This document shows, one piece after another, positions 13,863-28,560 of a stretch of 64,000 bases of DNA. The stretch comes from Octopus vulgaris (Eukaryota): assembly GCA_951406725.2 (NCBI GenBank), contig OX597814.1, forward strand, positions 101,060,001 to 101,124,000, written 5' to 3'. Positions within the stretch are counted from its first letter, which is position 1; every line of letters begins with the position of its first letter. The notes under the pieces are model-generated. The model ran no database searches, was not told the DNA's origin, and saw nothing but the letters and a program-made list of their open reading frames with translations. The position numbers and the translations under genes are program-made.

Positions 13863-15222
13863 GTATTCCTTCGTAACACAGTGTAGGTTAAAATGCACCG
13901 GAGTCTTTAGTCATCTGTCAAATCACAACAACGACCTCAGGTAGATGATATTTTCCTTAAGGTGTGCGCTATACCCAATAAGGCTGTTTTTCGCAAGACA
14001 TCAACCTTGCATAAGATTTCCAGTTGCCTTAAGAAGTCTTGAAGTTTCAATGGTATTGAGCCCAACGCTCCGATCACCACTGCTGTATTATACTTAACGT
14101 CCTGTGTATTCCTTTCACACTATCCATGCATTCTCATTTCAAGATCTTTTCTCTTTTCCTTAGCTCTTTGGTAAGACTCTTCCTTGCCCATCATTTCATC
14201 TGCATTTACATCCATATCTTTCGCGGAATATTGCAGCAGGTCTTCATCATTATTTATCAAATAAGCGGCAAGCGTTATCTTTACACTCCTTATACAATGG
14301 TCTATACTAATTAATCCTCTGTCACCACTCTTTCTTTTCATATACAGTCTGTTTACGTTTCTTTAGGGTGTAGCGCTCTATGCGGCATCATCAACTTTCT
14401 CGTCCTTCTATCCAGTGTTGATATTTCCTCTTTAGTTCATTTGAGGATGGATGCACTATATCTGACCACCGTAACTGCCCAGAAATTCATTGCGGTAATC
14501 AGATTTTTGGCATTCAGTTTAGATTTCAATACCATCTTCACTCTTCTTTGATACGCCTCGCTGACTTTGACTTTCATTTCTCTGAATGGAATGTCATCCA
14601 GCTCCAAAATCCGTAAATATCCATAACCACTACCGTCGGGTTCAACCCACGGTCTCGCCTGACGGTAACCGCAGTCCTCTGAAGGATGCGTTCTCCCTCT
14701 TTTCATATTAAGTACCGATCATTTGGTAATTCCAAATTCCATACCACACTTCTTGACTGTTTTGGTTAAGGAATCTATCAGTTTTCAGATTTCCCAGAGA
14801 ATTTCAAGTCATCCACAAACGAAAGATGGTTCAATGATGAGCCTTTCTTCCCACATCGGTAATCCATCTTAACTTTCCTAAGTGTCATTGTTATGGGTAC
14901 AAGTGCAATTACAAATAGTAACAGAGAAAATGAGCCACCTTGTAAGATACCCCTTTTAATATTAACTTCTCCAAGGAATACACTACTTCAGTTCAATTTG
15001 GTTTTCAACTCTTTCATGCTATGCATCAGAAAATTTGTGATGTTGTCAGGAAAGCAAAACATCTGCAGGAATTCAACGATCCAAGAATGAGGCATCATAC
15101 CATATGCCTTCTTAAAGTCAATCCAAACTATAGACATGTTTGTATGTTTTCCACATTGCCTCAAACCTGTTTTATCGATACCGGGTGATCATTGGTACCC
15201 TGAGAACTCTTCCTAGAACCAT
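13863..15222 (-). mobile_element. Dong/R4-like non-LTR retrotransposon, old and internally deleted (copy 2)
   Basis: Fragments WIDFKKAYGMMPHSW, RGILQGGS, HLSFVDDLK, RRVKMVLKSKLNAKN and VVIGALGSIP...TALLGIAHTLRK. The zinc knuckle and most of the endonuclease are missing near 14110. Confidence 0.88.
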
Positions 15223-15242
15223 TTCTTCTTCTTCTTCTTCTT

Positions 15243-15337
<95 letters not shown>

Positions 15338-15339
<2 letters not shown>

Positions 15340-16857
15340 GTTTGACTTTTGCTTTATATTTGCACAAGTTGGCTCCAAGTCTCACCCAGAGACCTCAAGA
15401 GACAACAGGTTGGAAGTTCATGTTGTTGTTATGCCTAGTGTGCCATATATTTGGGGGGAGTTTTTGGTGTTGTACTAATGAATGTCTAAAAAAAAAAATT
15501 TTTTTTTTCTTTTTCTTTAAAAACCGAAAATTATGTTTGTTTTAAACCTTGAGATTACATAGAAAGTATTTTGCGTAGGATATGAGCAGTTCTCATAAGC
15601 ACTATCTTTTGAATTTCTGCCATTTTTGGGTTTCCTGGTATCTGAGTTAGGTAGCTATCAGCCCCTTTTGCTATCATTCCCAGGGCACCTATGACAACAG
15701 GTATTGTTTTAGTCTTCAGCTTCCACATTTTGCTGATTTCTATTTCAAGATCTTTATATTTGCTCAGTTTTTGGTAGGTCTTGACAGATACGTTTATATC
15801 GATTGGGACAGTCATATCAATGAGGAGGCATGTTCTTTGTTTGAAGTCTTTCAATAAGATGTCTGGCCTATTTGCATCTATCTTTCTGTCAGTTTGAATG
15901 GTGAAGTTCCAGATGAGTGAGATGTGGTCATTTTCAAGCACTGGGGGTGGTTTGTGTTCCCACCAGTTTTTTTCATGGGGCAAATCCAGGTTTTTCCAGA
16001 TTACCCAGTGAATATATTGTGCAGCTCTATCGTGTCTGTTGAGATACTCTGTAGGCGCTAGAAGACTGCACTTGGAGACCACATGGTCAATGGTTTCATT
16101 TTGTTGCTGGCATACACGACACTTTGGACTGCTTCTGATCTTTAATATGTTGGCCTGGTAGTTTCTTGTTGGTAGGCATTGATCTTGAGCTGCTATGATA
16201 AACCCCTCTGTTTCAGATTTTAAGCCAGAGGCCATTAGCCATTGATGGGTCAGGGCTTTGTCAACATCTGCATTATTTGCTCTCTTTGGGTATTTGCCAT
16301 AGAGAGGTTTTTCTTGCCATTTATCATTCAGAATATCTAAGGCCGCAAATTTAGCACGGGTTTTCATGCGCTTAGCTTTTTCTGTGCCTGTTTCTTGTAT
16401 GTCTACCTCTAATTCCGAAATTTGTTGTATTCGGAATTCACTTAGATATTCCTTTGCCTGTTTCGTTACTGAGCATGATGCTTTCTTGTTTTCATGTTTT
16501 GAGACAAGTTTTAACATCCAGTCCTCAGAGTTTTTCAGGTAGGTGTCTAGGCCAATTGTAGCAATCTTCATTGTTATTGCCAGTTGTAAAAGTCCACGGC
16601 CTCCCTCTTTTCTTGGCAGGTAAAGTCGTTCTGTATCTGCCTTAGGGTGGTGCATTCTATGCATTGTCAACAGTTTTCGTATTTTTCTGTCAAGATTACA
16701 TATTTCAGTAATTGACCAGTTAACGATATTGAAACTGTAAGTCACAACTGGTATGGCTAATGCATTGATCGCTTCGATCCTGTTTCTCGCATTCAGCTCT
16801 GTCTTGAGTATTGCTCTTACTCTGCGATAACATTCTCTCCTGATCCTTTCCTTCATC
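15338..16857 (-). mobile_element. Dong/R4-like non-LTR retrotransposon, 5'-truncated (copy 3)
   Basis: Open ORF plus about 215 bp of 3' UTR, with (AAT)n at both ends (about 15271-15337 and 16858-16945). Confidence 0.95.
15555..16856 (-). CDS. Truncated retrotransposon ORF: RT thumb, CCHC knuckle and PD-(D/E)xK restriction-like endonuclease
   Basis: CRVCQQQNETIDHVVSKC, RHD, RPDILL...LIDMTVP...KLSKY. The poly-Asn N-terminus in the ORF track is microsatellite read-through. Confidence 0.88.
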   Translation of the reverse strand: MKERIRRECYRRVRAILKTELNARNRIEAINALAIPVVTYSFNIVNWSITEICNLDRKIRKLLTMHRMHHPKADTERLYLPRKEGGRGLLQLAITMKIATIGLDTYLKNSEDWMLKLVSKHENKKASCSVTKQAKEYLSEFRIQQISELEVDIQETGTEKAKRMKTRAKFAALDILNDKWQEKPLYGKYPKRANNADVDKALTHQWLMASGLKSETEGFIIAAQDQCLPTRNYQANILKIRSSPKCRVCQQQNETIDHVVSKCSLLAPTEYLNRHDRAAQYIHWVIWKNLDLPHEKNWWEHKPPPVLENDHISLIWNFTIQTDRKIDANRPDILLKDFKQRTCLLIDMTVPIDINVSVKTYQKLSKYKDLEIEISKMWKLKTKTIPVVIGALGMIAKGADSYLTQIPGNPKMAEIQKIVLMRTAHILRKILSM

Positions 16858-16927
<70 letters not shown>

Positions 16928-19393
16928 CATTATTATTATTATTATGCTCGGGGATGTGTTCTTTAAAATTGCGTAAGACCAATGTATTCTGTAAAGGGAT
17001 TAATATTCTTATAAAGTCTAATATTTATTAAAATTTCGGATATGTACTTATGTGCGTGCGTCATTATGCTACATATATACATACGGATATATATATATAT
17101 ATATACTATTCTGGTAACCATTTGTTTACAAAAGCTTGTTGGCATGGAATTTGTCTATATAGATAGGAAGGCAAAGAAACTACTCATATTACTGAGTACA
17201 AAGTCAGAGCAGACGAAAATAAAATCAATTTCGATGAAACAGAAACGAACGAGTTCAGAATGATAGTGTGAGAGAGAGTAAAAAGGAGAGAGAAAAGACC
17301 ACTTTCTTCAGTTATGTTTACATTATTTCTATGATAAATAAAACTCACGGCTGGAAATTATTTGAAAATACATTAATATACCAGTTTCATATGAAATGAT
17401 TTCTTGAAAATGAATTAAAATATGTATAAGCAGTTATAAATGTAGGTAACATATGATATTCGAATGAACATAATATAATGGCCTTTTGAATCGGTGAAGT
17501 GAAAAAGTACAGAACACTAGAGCGGTGATCGGCTTTAAATGTGCTCTGATATGGTTTAAGGACAGGTTGTGTATTGATACTAGTGGTATGAAGATCCTTG
17601 ATTTTGTTGTATTTTAAGTTAAGTTCAGTCATTTATGCATATAATTATTAGTTGGATAGTTCACTCTAATGAGGTGGGTCAGCAACCATATTTTCAGATT
17701 TAACAACTGGTCTGCAAACTCGAAACGGCGTAGGGACCGTTAGACGCATCCAAAGGTCATATAGTGAGTTTAAGTGAGTGTAGCAATAAGTTTATTTTCT
17801 CGTCATATACTCTGCGTACAGGCAACAACCATCACAGGCTTCACTACCGGAGTCTCAATACTTAAGATTTTTTATCGAGAAAAAACAAGAATGATTCCTC
17901 GTTGCCTTCTTCCGAGTTATTTACATATCACACTTATAGTTTCCTAATTTCCCCATCTTCCTCATGAGACATGGCTCATATTTTACCGTTGAGCAAAGAC
18001 CGGGGACTGATTCATGCGTTTTGGTTACAAAGCAATGGGCTTGTGTGACGTGTGTGTAAGAGCTAATCCACTTCCGTGTTCTGTATGCATTTACTCTATG
18101 AGCATTTCCTGGTATGAGACTCGTAACTAGAGGCAATCTCAGAATAGATATGACCAGCACAGACCAGAGCGGACGTAGGAATAGTGGTTACTTGACTTTA
18201 AAATGACACCATCCTCTGTAGAACTCATGTACTCCCAAGCTGGCGTCTTACTGCAGGATGGCGTTTACATCTTGCCAAGAGCATGGATTAGGTCTTTCAC
18301 TGATGAACAGGAATGATCGTTCTGACAACGATAATTTCAGTTTCTTACGATCAAATGCTTCTTTAACCTCCATGCTGTCGTAGAAAGCACTTTTGACGAA
18401 AGCGAACCTGATTTCACTTAGTTACGAAGAGGATTTCTCCGGTAAACAAACGTATCCACAAGTATAGGTGTTATTTATTAGCATCTATTATTTATTTATT
18501 TTTCTTCAGTAATACATATTTTAGTATACACATAAAATCAAAGAGTTGGAGTCAAATCAAAGAGAGATGCATTGACTTTTAGCTCAACATGTTAGATAAA
18601 GGAGCAAATATCACTTAAATAACATTATTGACCTGCAAAAATTTAGGCGAATATAAGATAAAGTAGTCTTTACACAAAGTCTGAAAAGAAAATGCAGATT
18701 GGAACAAACATAACATACATATATATTTCATCAGAACTGATTGATTTTCGCTTGCTTGGAACAGCAAAATTTAAGAAAGCTTTCATTGGAAATTTATGGA
18801 TTAAAGTGAGATCGAATATCACCCTGTCGATTAAAAATTATTGAGTATATATTTGATAATGGAGTCCTCGTAATAATAAGGTTGAACAGCAGTGGATACA
18901 GTACCGGTTGCCCGATGAAGATTTGCCATAGAAAATCGTAGCAGCTGAGTCGAGGATGTAGCATATCTCCCAAACGAGTAGCCAAATATTTATGTACTCT
19001 TGGTCGTTTGCACGATAAGGAGTGAAGTACAACTACGTAATAGGCACAAGTACATGAACCCAGCGCATTCGTACACATTTGGTCGAGTGCAAATATACAT
19101 AGAAATAAAGTCAGGTTTTGTGTTTAAACAGACATCGAACAAGGGAGACAGAAACAGAGAGAGAGAGAGAGAGAGAAATAACGAAACAAATTACGAGAGA
19201 GAGAGAGAGAAATAAGGAAAAAATAACGTGAGAGAGAGAGAGAGACCTGCTCATAATACTGGATAAATTTTGTTCTAATTTACAAAGCCGTGGACATTCG
19301 CCCAGACTTGTTTCACTTTTCGTTATAAATGTGTCCCATAATTATGAGACACATTGCACACAAATACACACCTAGAAAGACAGATAGACAGAC

Positions 19394-19488
<95 letters not shown>

Positions 19489-19664
19489 CATTCATAACTC
19501 CCTCGAAAATAGATTCAAGACTCCCCTGTCATAAATAATATTCAAGACCACATGCCACGATTCGATGATTATAACCCACATATTTTAGATTCTGCAGGTA
19601 AAGTTTCTCCTGATATTCTGTTTTCTTTCTTTTTCGCTCTTTTTATCACACACACACACACACA

Positions 19665-19712
<48 letters not shown>

Positions 19713-20182
19713 GTTTGTCACTTTGACTTTCTCTCTTTCTCTCTCTCTTTCTCTCTCTCCTTCTCTCTTACTCTCTATTTATCTCTGTTTCTTCCTCTTT
19801 AATTCCCACCTTTCTACTCACGCAATACTCCATTGTTCTCTTGGCTTACAAACTAAGAGAACTATGAATAAACTCACCAAACCACATTACTTTCCCAATT
19901 ATTTAATATATAAACTTTCTGTGTAAGAGACAGCTTATCTTATTGTTATCTGCCACCTTTGTTTTTCTGTAAAGATATTAGCCATAGAAATAGAAAGTTA
20001 TTCTTTCGTTATTCTGCCCTCTTTTTAATTTCTTTCTATAAATGTTTGCATATATATTTTTCTTCATATTTAGCTTTGGAAAGATAGATAACTCTTAAAT
20101 ATACAACACCCAGCGTCCTTTTCTTTTTCATGTGCAAACCCTTTCATATTTCCTTTTTAATCATTTGATTCTTCCTTCTCTT

Positions 20183-20312
20183 TCTGAGACTTGCATTACT
20201 TCTTTAAACTATTCATTTTATTATGCCTTTGTTTTATTCTTTGTCTGTCTGTCTGTCTGAGACTTGCATTACTTCTTTAAACTATTCATTTTATTATGCC
20301 TTTGTTTTATTC

Positions 20313-20328
<16 letters not shown>
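20183..20328. repeat. 73-bp direct tandem duplication
   Basis: TCTGAGACTTGCATTACTTC starts at 20183 and again at 20256, with TCTG microhomology at the junction. Confidence 0.85.
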
Positions 20329-20343
<15 letters not shown>

Positions 20344-20363
20344 TTCTATGACACTCTCTCTTC

Positions 20364-20400
<37 letters not shown>

Positions 20401-21395
20401 ACGCGCACACTCTCAAACTCACCTGCATCTACATATCTGTGTTTTTTTTGTTCTTTTCTTCCCTTTTACGATCCCTCTTGATCGAAAACCTACGCCACCC
20501 GTTTTTTTTTCTTTTGTTTTTTGTTATTTTTCATCCCCCAAAAGAAAAGCTCTACCTTGTAACTTGTCCCATCTGTATGCAGCCCTGTGTGGCCAATAAA
20601 GAAACTTATATACGCAATATTTATACGCATAGATAGATACAGACATACATATATTAAAACTTACATATGTACACAAATACACACACACACACACACACAC
20701 ACATATTCATGCGCGTATGTGTGTGTATAATTGTACGATATGTCTTCCATGATTCCTTCTTTCTGTTTACCATCATCCCGAATTATTTCTTATTATTTCT
20801 TTCTGCAATTATTTTCTTCTCTTCCGTCCATTCTTCATTTCACTTGTCTCACTTATTTTCATTTATCCTCCTTCCTCTAACCCAGGCGCATGCTTGTATT
20901 TGTCTATCATCTTCCTGTCTTAATTCATCGCTTTTGTTTTACATTTACCTCCTGTTTTCTTTTTTTGTTGTGCCTTCTTAATTTCCTTTTCTTTTATTAG
21001 CCTTTTTCTTATCTATTTAATATATTATTATCTTCTTTTAATTCTTTGTTCCCGTTCTTTAATTCTTTTATTCTTCCCCTGTCTCTTCGTTTACCTAACA
21101 AAATGAAACAAATACGATATCCACCTTCAGGATTTGTAAGAGTTAATTAACATCTTGAAATTACTTTGTTGATCGTTTAAGAATTCCAAACTGCTATTTT
21201 TACCTCAATGCCGATCTTGTAAGACTCATACTTTTAAACATTGTTTTGGTAACCCGAAGCTGTTCTTTTATCGTTCCTTATTACTTTACCATATCATGGT
21301 ATTCAAACATCACATATTCCTTTCTGTTACTTTTTTTTTACCTGACGATAATCAATCAGTATTGTATATACATTTTATCTTTTTATCTTTTATCA

Positions 21396-21482
<87 letters not shown>

Positions 21483-22186
21483 TTTTGTTTTGTTTTTTAC
21501 CCCCACTTCTTTCAGTCTCGTTATGACACAATGTTATTTTCTCTGCCTTTCTATTAGCATTTGCTTTTACTTTCTTTCTTTTCTGTATATATATATATAT
21601 ATACCATCTGTGAAAAAAAAAGTTGAAAATGTAAGTTTACAAGAAAATATATTTCTCGCGAGACCACCGCTAATAGACACTCACATCTGTTTATTGGGGA
21701 GGAGAAGGGAAAAAATGTTTTGAAGACACATTTTGAATAAGAACTATAACAAACACAACAACAACATTTTTAAAAAACGACAAAACATGGGAAGGATATT
21801 ATTTACAAACAAGCAAATAAATAAATACACATATACGTATATACACAGCAAAAATGTAATAACGAATACAACGAATTATAGCTGTGCCACGAAAAATTTC
21901 GCCTATAAGCTGTAGATTATAGAACTAAAGCAATCAACATAAGATTGTCAAGTTTTCCCGTGTTGATCTGTTCTAGAAAAACATTGTAATATACATATAA
22001 ATGTAACAAAACCGCCACACAGATAGATGCACAGTAAATTATTGTGAGCAATGGAAATCTCCTGTGTTATCTCAAAGCTATAATTGGAGATATTTCAAAA
22101 GAATTTCATTTATTTTCGATACAAAAGCGCATTGAAGTATATATTATATAGATAGATGTATATATATTACATGTGCGTATGGGTGA

Positions 22187-22251
<65 letters not shown>

Positions 22252-22407
22252 AAAACGTAAGGTAAACAAACTTGTACATAGCACAGTACAATGTACGTTC
22301 AATTATACCATTATTCTGGAATACACACGCGCGAGCGCATATATATGCGTACATGCATATATTTACACGTAAACATTCACATGCACACACACGCAGAGAC
22401 ACACACA

Positions 22408-22485
<78 letters not shown>

Positions 22486-23546
22486 TAGCATTCGCAGTGA
22501 GAAGAACAAGCATACAAGCGAGATAAAATGTAGTGAATCTTTGGAGAAGAGTATCTGCATTCATTGGACGTTGATGAATCATTCCTAGTTTATTGTTGCT
22601 AAGATTTTGCTCACATATATTTATATATGCTATTTTAATAGATCTTGCGCATCCACATACGATTTAATGATATCAGAAATAAAACTTACACCCTCATACG
22701 TTACAAATATCTCACCAACTTCACATGAAAAGTACCAATTTAAGAGGTTGACATAACATTTTAATAACACAGGATAGGATGACGCACTCAACAGGAAGAA
22801 AAAGGTAACAACTGACTTAGACAAGGGATTATAGCAAAGAAAAATACCAACTGTAGTACCAGAGAATAAGGAAATCATTTACATTTGAATACATAACTAC
22901 AGAGGCGACCGATGAAAAATGATAAGCAAATTAAAAAAAAAAAAACACTAGCGAACATGATACAGGAAAATAAAATAATGCAACTCAGTCTTCAAGTGAG
23001 TAAGGACAAGTGAAATTGTCAATCAATAAGATTGATCCAACATCTAGAGAATAAAGAAACAAAATCCAAATCAGATAGTGAGGTCGAAAAATTAGTGAAG
23101 TTGCAAATCAGATAACGAAACGATAGCCAAACAAAATAATGAACTCCGTACCGTGAGTATAAGACCGTACCGAAATTCCGAAATATGAATAAATAAAGAA
23201 AGAAATAAAATAACAGTGCGCGTTATGATTTCAGTAAAGGAAATTCGAGTATATCACTAGCATAACAGATGCATACACAAAATGACGTATATACACAGGG
23301 AATAACAAAAACACAAAGCCACATATAGACATCTATCAACTAATGCGAAGTAACTCGTAAGAACGACCGTTATGATTCATTTAGTTAGAATACTGTGGTA
23401 CTTCACTCACCACGTAGATCGTGAGGATGCGACATAATTTGGTGCGTGTGATACATTCTATAAAGGAGGTATATAAGTCGCTGTTAAGACAAATATCTTG
23501 TGTATGTATGTATCAATATTCGTACACCCCACCCACCCCACACACT

Positions 23547-23597
<51 letters not shown>

Positions 23598-24352
23598 GTG
23601 CGTATGTATATGTATGCATACAGATAGATAGAAAAGATAGATAGATACATATATACATACGTATATACATATACACATATATAGACACACACACAAACAC
23701 ATACACGCATACATATATATACATATACATATATACATGATATGTGTTATATATATATATATATATATATGTTTGAATGGATGGATGTACGTATGTATGA
23801 ATGCATGCATGTATGTATGTATATATGTATGTATGTATGTATTTATGTATGTATGTGTGTTTGTAAATATTAAGTATACATCATTTAATCTAACCAAAGA
23901 TCACACTTTCGTTTCCTAAAGCATATAAATTAACTTTGAGAAATTAATTCTAATTTTCTTGAAGTGATCACCCTTTTACTTGAGAGTAGCTAAGAATTGC
24001 CAGCAGGTATTTATTTTCTTTCTCAATCTAAAAGTGAATTTTAATTAGTTAAATATTTTTGCACTCAGTATTCAATGTCACTCATTAATAATAGGGATTG
24101 TGGAATGGATGATTTAGGGAATATCTGCGAATGTCAATACACAACAATGACTGCAAGACATGGTTTTCGATTCAGCTTCACTTATGAAATATTTAATACA
24201 TTTCTTCATGTTGCAATGGTAAGAAAGAAAAAGGCTCAAGTATACTTCATGGAGACAAGTATATCAAGGTTTCTTAGATACATAACCATGTCAATGTTGG
24301 CATAAAGAAATTCTACGATTGTCAGACTCACTGTTTAACACACACATATTTG

Positions 24353-24389
<37 letters not shown>

Positions 24390-24908
24390 GTATATATATG
24401 TATAAGCACACAAACACGCACGCATACACACACACACACACACACACACATAACGTAGAGAATTGGATTCAAAATATCAAACAGTACTCGCACTACGCAC
24501 CATTTCAAATTACGGAAATCCAGGATATGATTGTCACATTAAGTGACAATCATATATATCAGCAGTTGTGAATACAAGCTTATAATTTCCATGTGATTAC
24601 AACCGTTTCGTAATCTTCTCAATGTGATACTACTAATTCCAAATTAATATGTATGCATGCATGCCTGCATGTATGTATGTATGTATGTATGTATGTATGG
24701 ATGGATGGATGGATGAATGGATTGATGGATGGATTGATGGATGGATGGATGCATGCATGCATGCATGCATACATGTATGTATGTATGTATGTATGTATGT
24801 ATCGATAATACTGAAAAGCCCCCCTGGAATGTACTAACGTCAACATATCTAGTGTTTATTCTAGCACTATGTACTTTAACCTCAACTATGTGAGCAACGA
24901 TGGCTACT

Positions 24909-24943
<35 letters not shown>

Positions 24944-26400
24944 TTGCGTGGACACGATATCTCTCAGCCCTAAACAGCTGTTTATATTTGCTTGATGCAT
25001 GCGTTAATTAGTAAAAGTTCGACTTTTACAGATAAAATTGAATGGTACGTTAAACATTGAAACTTACTATTATTTAATATTAATCAAAAGAGACAAAAGA
25101 AAGAAATATGAGGAAAGGAAACTATTATATATGCACATCTGAATTGTGTCCTTATTTAGGACGTTGAAAATATTCTAAATTGCTCGACTGGTTAAGATAT
25201 AAATATAAAAATTAATAGTGATATATATCAATAAATTCTATACACGTGCCTCGAATTACGCATCTGTATTCATATAAAATTCAGTGCTTTTATTTCATCA
25301 TTATGGTTTTGCGTTCATTCATTCTTGTTCCAAACTAATTGAATATATAAAGTACAGTTATATACATACTTCCCATTCATTTTCAGATTGGATATTACTA
25401 GTCTTAAGTCTTACACACACACACACATATATATATATGTGTGTTCAATATATATTCCTGTCATCTATCTTCCACTGGTTTAAGATTAAAACGAATGCCT
25501 AATTGGTTCCAAAATAATTCTATTTTACCTAAAACAATAAACAAAAAGGATGATACAATATATATCAAAATGTACAACATTCCAGGCGAATGTATACAGA
25601 TAAATGTACACATATACAATCGAAATAGAAAAAAATCATTGATAGTTTTCATAATTGGAGTATTTCTTTTTTATTGAAAGTAAAATGAAAGAAATGAAGC
25701 TTTGTCACAGCTGAAAATACATCAAGAATCGTATTAAAAAATACGAAGAACATTAAAAAACATTGTAAAAAATATCTAAATAAAATATATCATTGGTTAT
25801 TTTCTCCGAGATTGATGGGGATGAAGAAAAGAAAAAGATATCTTAAAACCAAAAAACGAAGTTTGCAGCAGGAATGTAAAAATGATGAGAAAAATAAAAA
25901 AATAATTACTTATATTTTGATATTTCGAAAAATAGCAGTCATCAATTGACATTTATGATTTGCAAGCTCAAACCAGATAAGCTAACGATTTAGTTTAAAA
26001 CAAATGTTTCCATTCTTTTTTATCTGTTTATGTTCATACTTATCTGTGAGGTAATATTTTCTTTAAAAAATGTGTATGTATAAATATATATGTGTGTGTG
26101 TGTATGTGTTTGTGCGTATATATATATCATGCCAAATATTGGATGTTTTGTAAAGAAATACGTTATTTAAATATATATTTCTTAATAGCAATCTGTTTAC
26201 TGAACGAGTTTAAGTGTTACAGATTGTATGTACACACCAAACTATGTATGCGTAGACTCACGTTCACAGACTCATACATCACCCATACATATACATATAT
26301 ATTTTTTATTTTTGTATATATATGTGTGTATGTATGTATGTGTGTGTGCATATGTGTGGTTGTGGCTGTGGGTGTGCGTATATATATATATATATATATA

Positions 26401-26643
26401 TAACAGGAAGGTTTACGGAAATAAACAAAAGACGAAGGCAGGTGGAGTACAAACAAACAAATGTATTAGTATGGCGCTCTTTTACGTTTCGAGCCCACGC
26501 TCTTCGACAGAAAGATACACAGAACAAAAAACAAGGAGAGAAACGAGGAGAGAAAAAAAAGGAGAGAAGAAAAGGAGAGAAACAAGGAGAGAAAAAAGGA
26601 GAGAAAAAGGGAGAGAAAAAAGGAGAGAAAAAAGGAGGGAAAA

Positions 26644-26645
<2 letters not shown>
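26401..26645 (-). mobile_element. Short insert in (TA)n with a minimal variant hammerhead (26479-26514) and an AGGAGAGAAA minisatellite
   Basis: Minus strand CTTT-CTGTCGA-A-GAGC-GTGG-GCTC-GAAAC-GTA-AAAG, with (TA)n on both sides. Confidence 0.55.
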
Positions 26646-26716
<71 letters not shown>

Positions 26717-27085
26717 CATATTACATATACAGAGGCTCTTCTAGATGTCTGACATGTTAGGTTCCTTCTACGAGCTTACGAAACTAAGTTGCATGGAGCT
26801 GAGTTAAACTATCATGAAATAGTACATGTAGGTACAGTGTTGAGTGCCACTGTCTTACATTTCCTCTCTCTCTCTCTCTCCCTCCTTCTCTCTCCCCTTT
26901 CTCTCTCTTTCTGTATATATAAGGATAGATAGATAGGTAAATAGATAATGTTTGTGTATCTGTGTAAGCGTACAAAGAAATACGTATATATTGAGGCAAA
27001 ATTCGAACGAGAGCGCCAGCTGGCCTCCATTTCAGATATATTCATTATAGCTCAACATTATAAATGAATCAATTGCTTAAAAATG

Positions 27086-27148
<63 letters not shown>

Positions 27149-28560
27149 ATACACACACACGCACACTTACACACGCACTTATGTGTCGTCTGCTTTTTTT
27201 TATTTGAATAGATAGTTACAAAAAGTTTACTTGTCCACGCACTTATACGTTCTGATATGATATATTTCTAAACTCATCCAATTATAACATAAAAATTATT
27301 TAAAAAATTATGAATATCTTGTATTTCTTTTTTTTTTTTTCAGTTTGTCGCCAATATTATTTATTTTATCCAATTGCCTCTTCCCAACTCACCCTTTCGT
27401 TTTCTGCATTAAATCTAGCACCTGCATTCATGTACACACACACACACACACTTATATGGTGACAGACGCTTTCTGAAGTATATATACTTTTGCGATTCAT
27501 TTTCCTTTCTTCTTAAAGAAGTAATTCCTCCCTGCTTTAGGGTCTAAGGTACTAGTAAGATTTATATTGCTGACCTGTAAGTCTCCTAGATACATGGCAG
27601 CACTTTGCGTCTTTCTGTTACGGCCTGATTTGCTAATGTGCCATATTACAATGACTGACTAGCAGGCACGGTTACATGGTAGGCACCAGAGAATGTTTGT
27701 GCCTTCAAGTAATTAACCAGTCCAGTACGAGAGCGCAGAATACTACAACGTTCAGAGTCTTAGATTGTGCACGTCGCAGACTGCACGAAATAACTTTGTG
27801 CGGAAAATAGTTTCAGCTTTTATTTTTCTTCACCGTCATAAATTTGGTGCTTATTTGTTGCCAGTTCTTCCTTTTGTTCCAAATTCCGATTCCCGTAAGT
27901 TTTACGTAAGATTTCACAAAATCTTTAACTTGATTTATATGCTTGGTTTTGGGAATATTTTTAGTCTTCTTAATTTCTGACAAAAAAACATACTTAAGGA
28001 ACAATAGTTTTGTTTGATAGTTATGAGTTATCCAAATATCAATAATGCAAACCAGTTCTCTCTCTATCTTCCAGGGATAATTCTAATAGATAAGAAGACT
28101 GAATGCATTACGCATATTTTCATATGTAAACATACAAAAATATACACTTAGATGCATAAAAACATGCATGCACACACATTTTGCATACATCAGAGGATTT
28201 GTTTTTAAAATGAGACTGGCGGTGGATTTAGGGCAACTGACTATCAATATTCTCATTGAAGTGTCTATACTATCAAATACTATCGTCCTACTTTCAATTT
28301 CAAAGGTGGTCGTCGTTGACCGAGTTTTAATGAGCCTTTCCATGGCAGAAAAATGTCAATATGTACTCTTGCCCATTGTAGTTATTTCAGTTGCTACGAG
28401 TGGACAATGGAATCAATTACCTTTCTGCAATCACATAAGGTTCTTGCGCTGTTCTTTTACTTCGGAAAACACACACGTAAGCACCCACACCCACCTACAT
28501 ACAAACAGAAACACACACATACACACACACAAATACATATACAAATAAATACATACATAC

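Noticed and set aside
18794-19090. Possible host exon
   Set aside because: Frames are short, there is no recognisable protein motif, and splice signals are weak.
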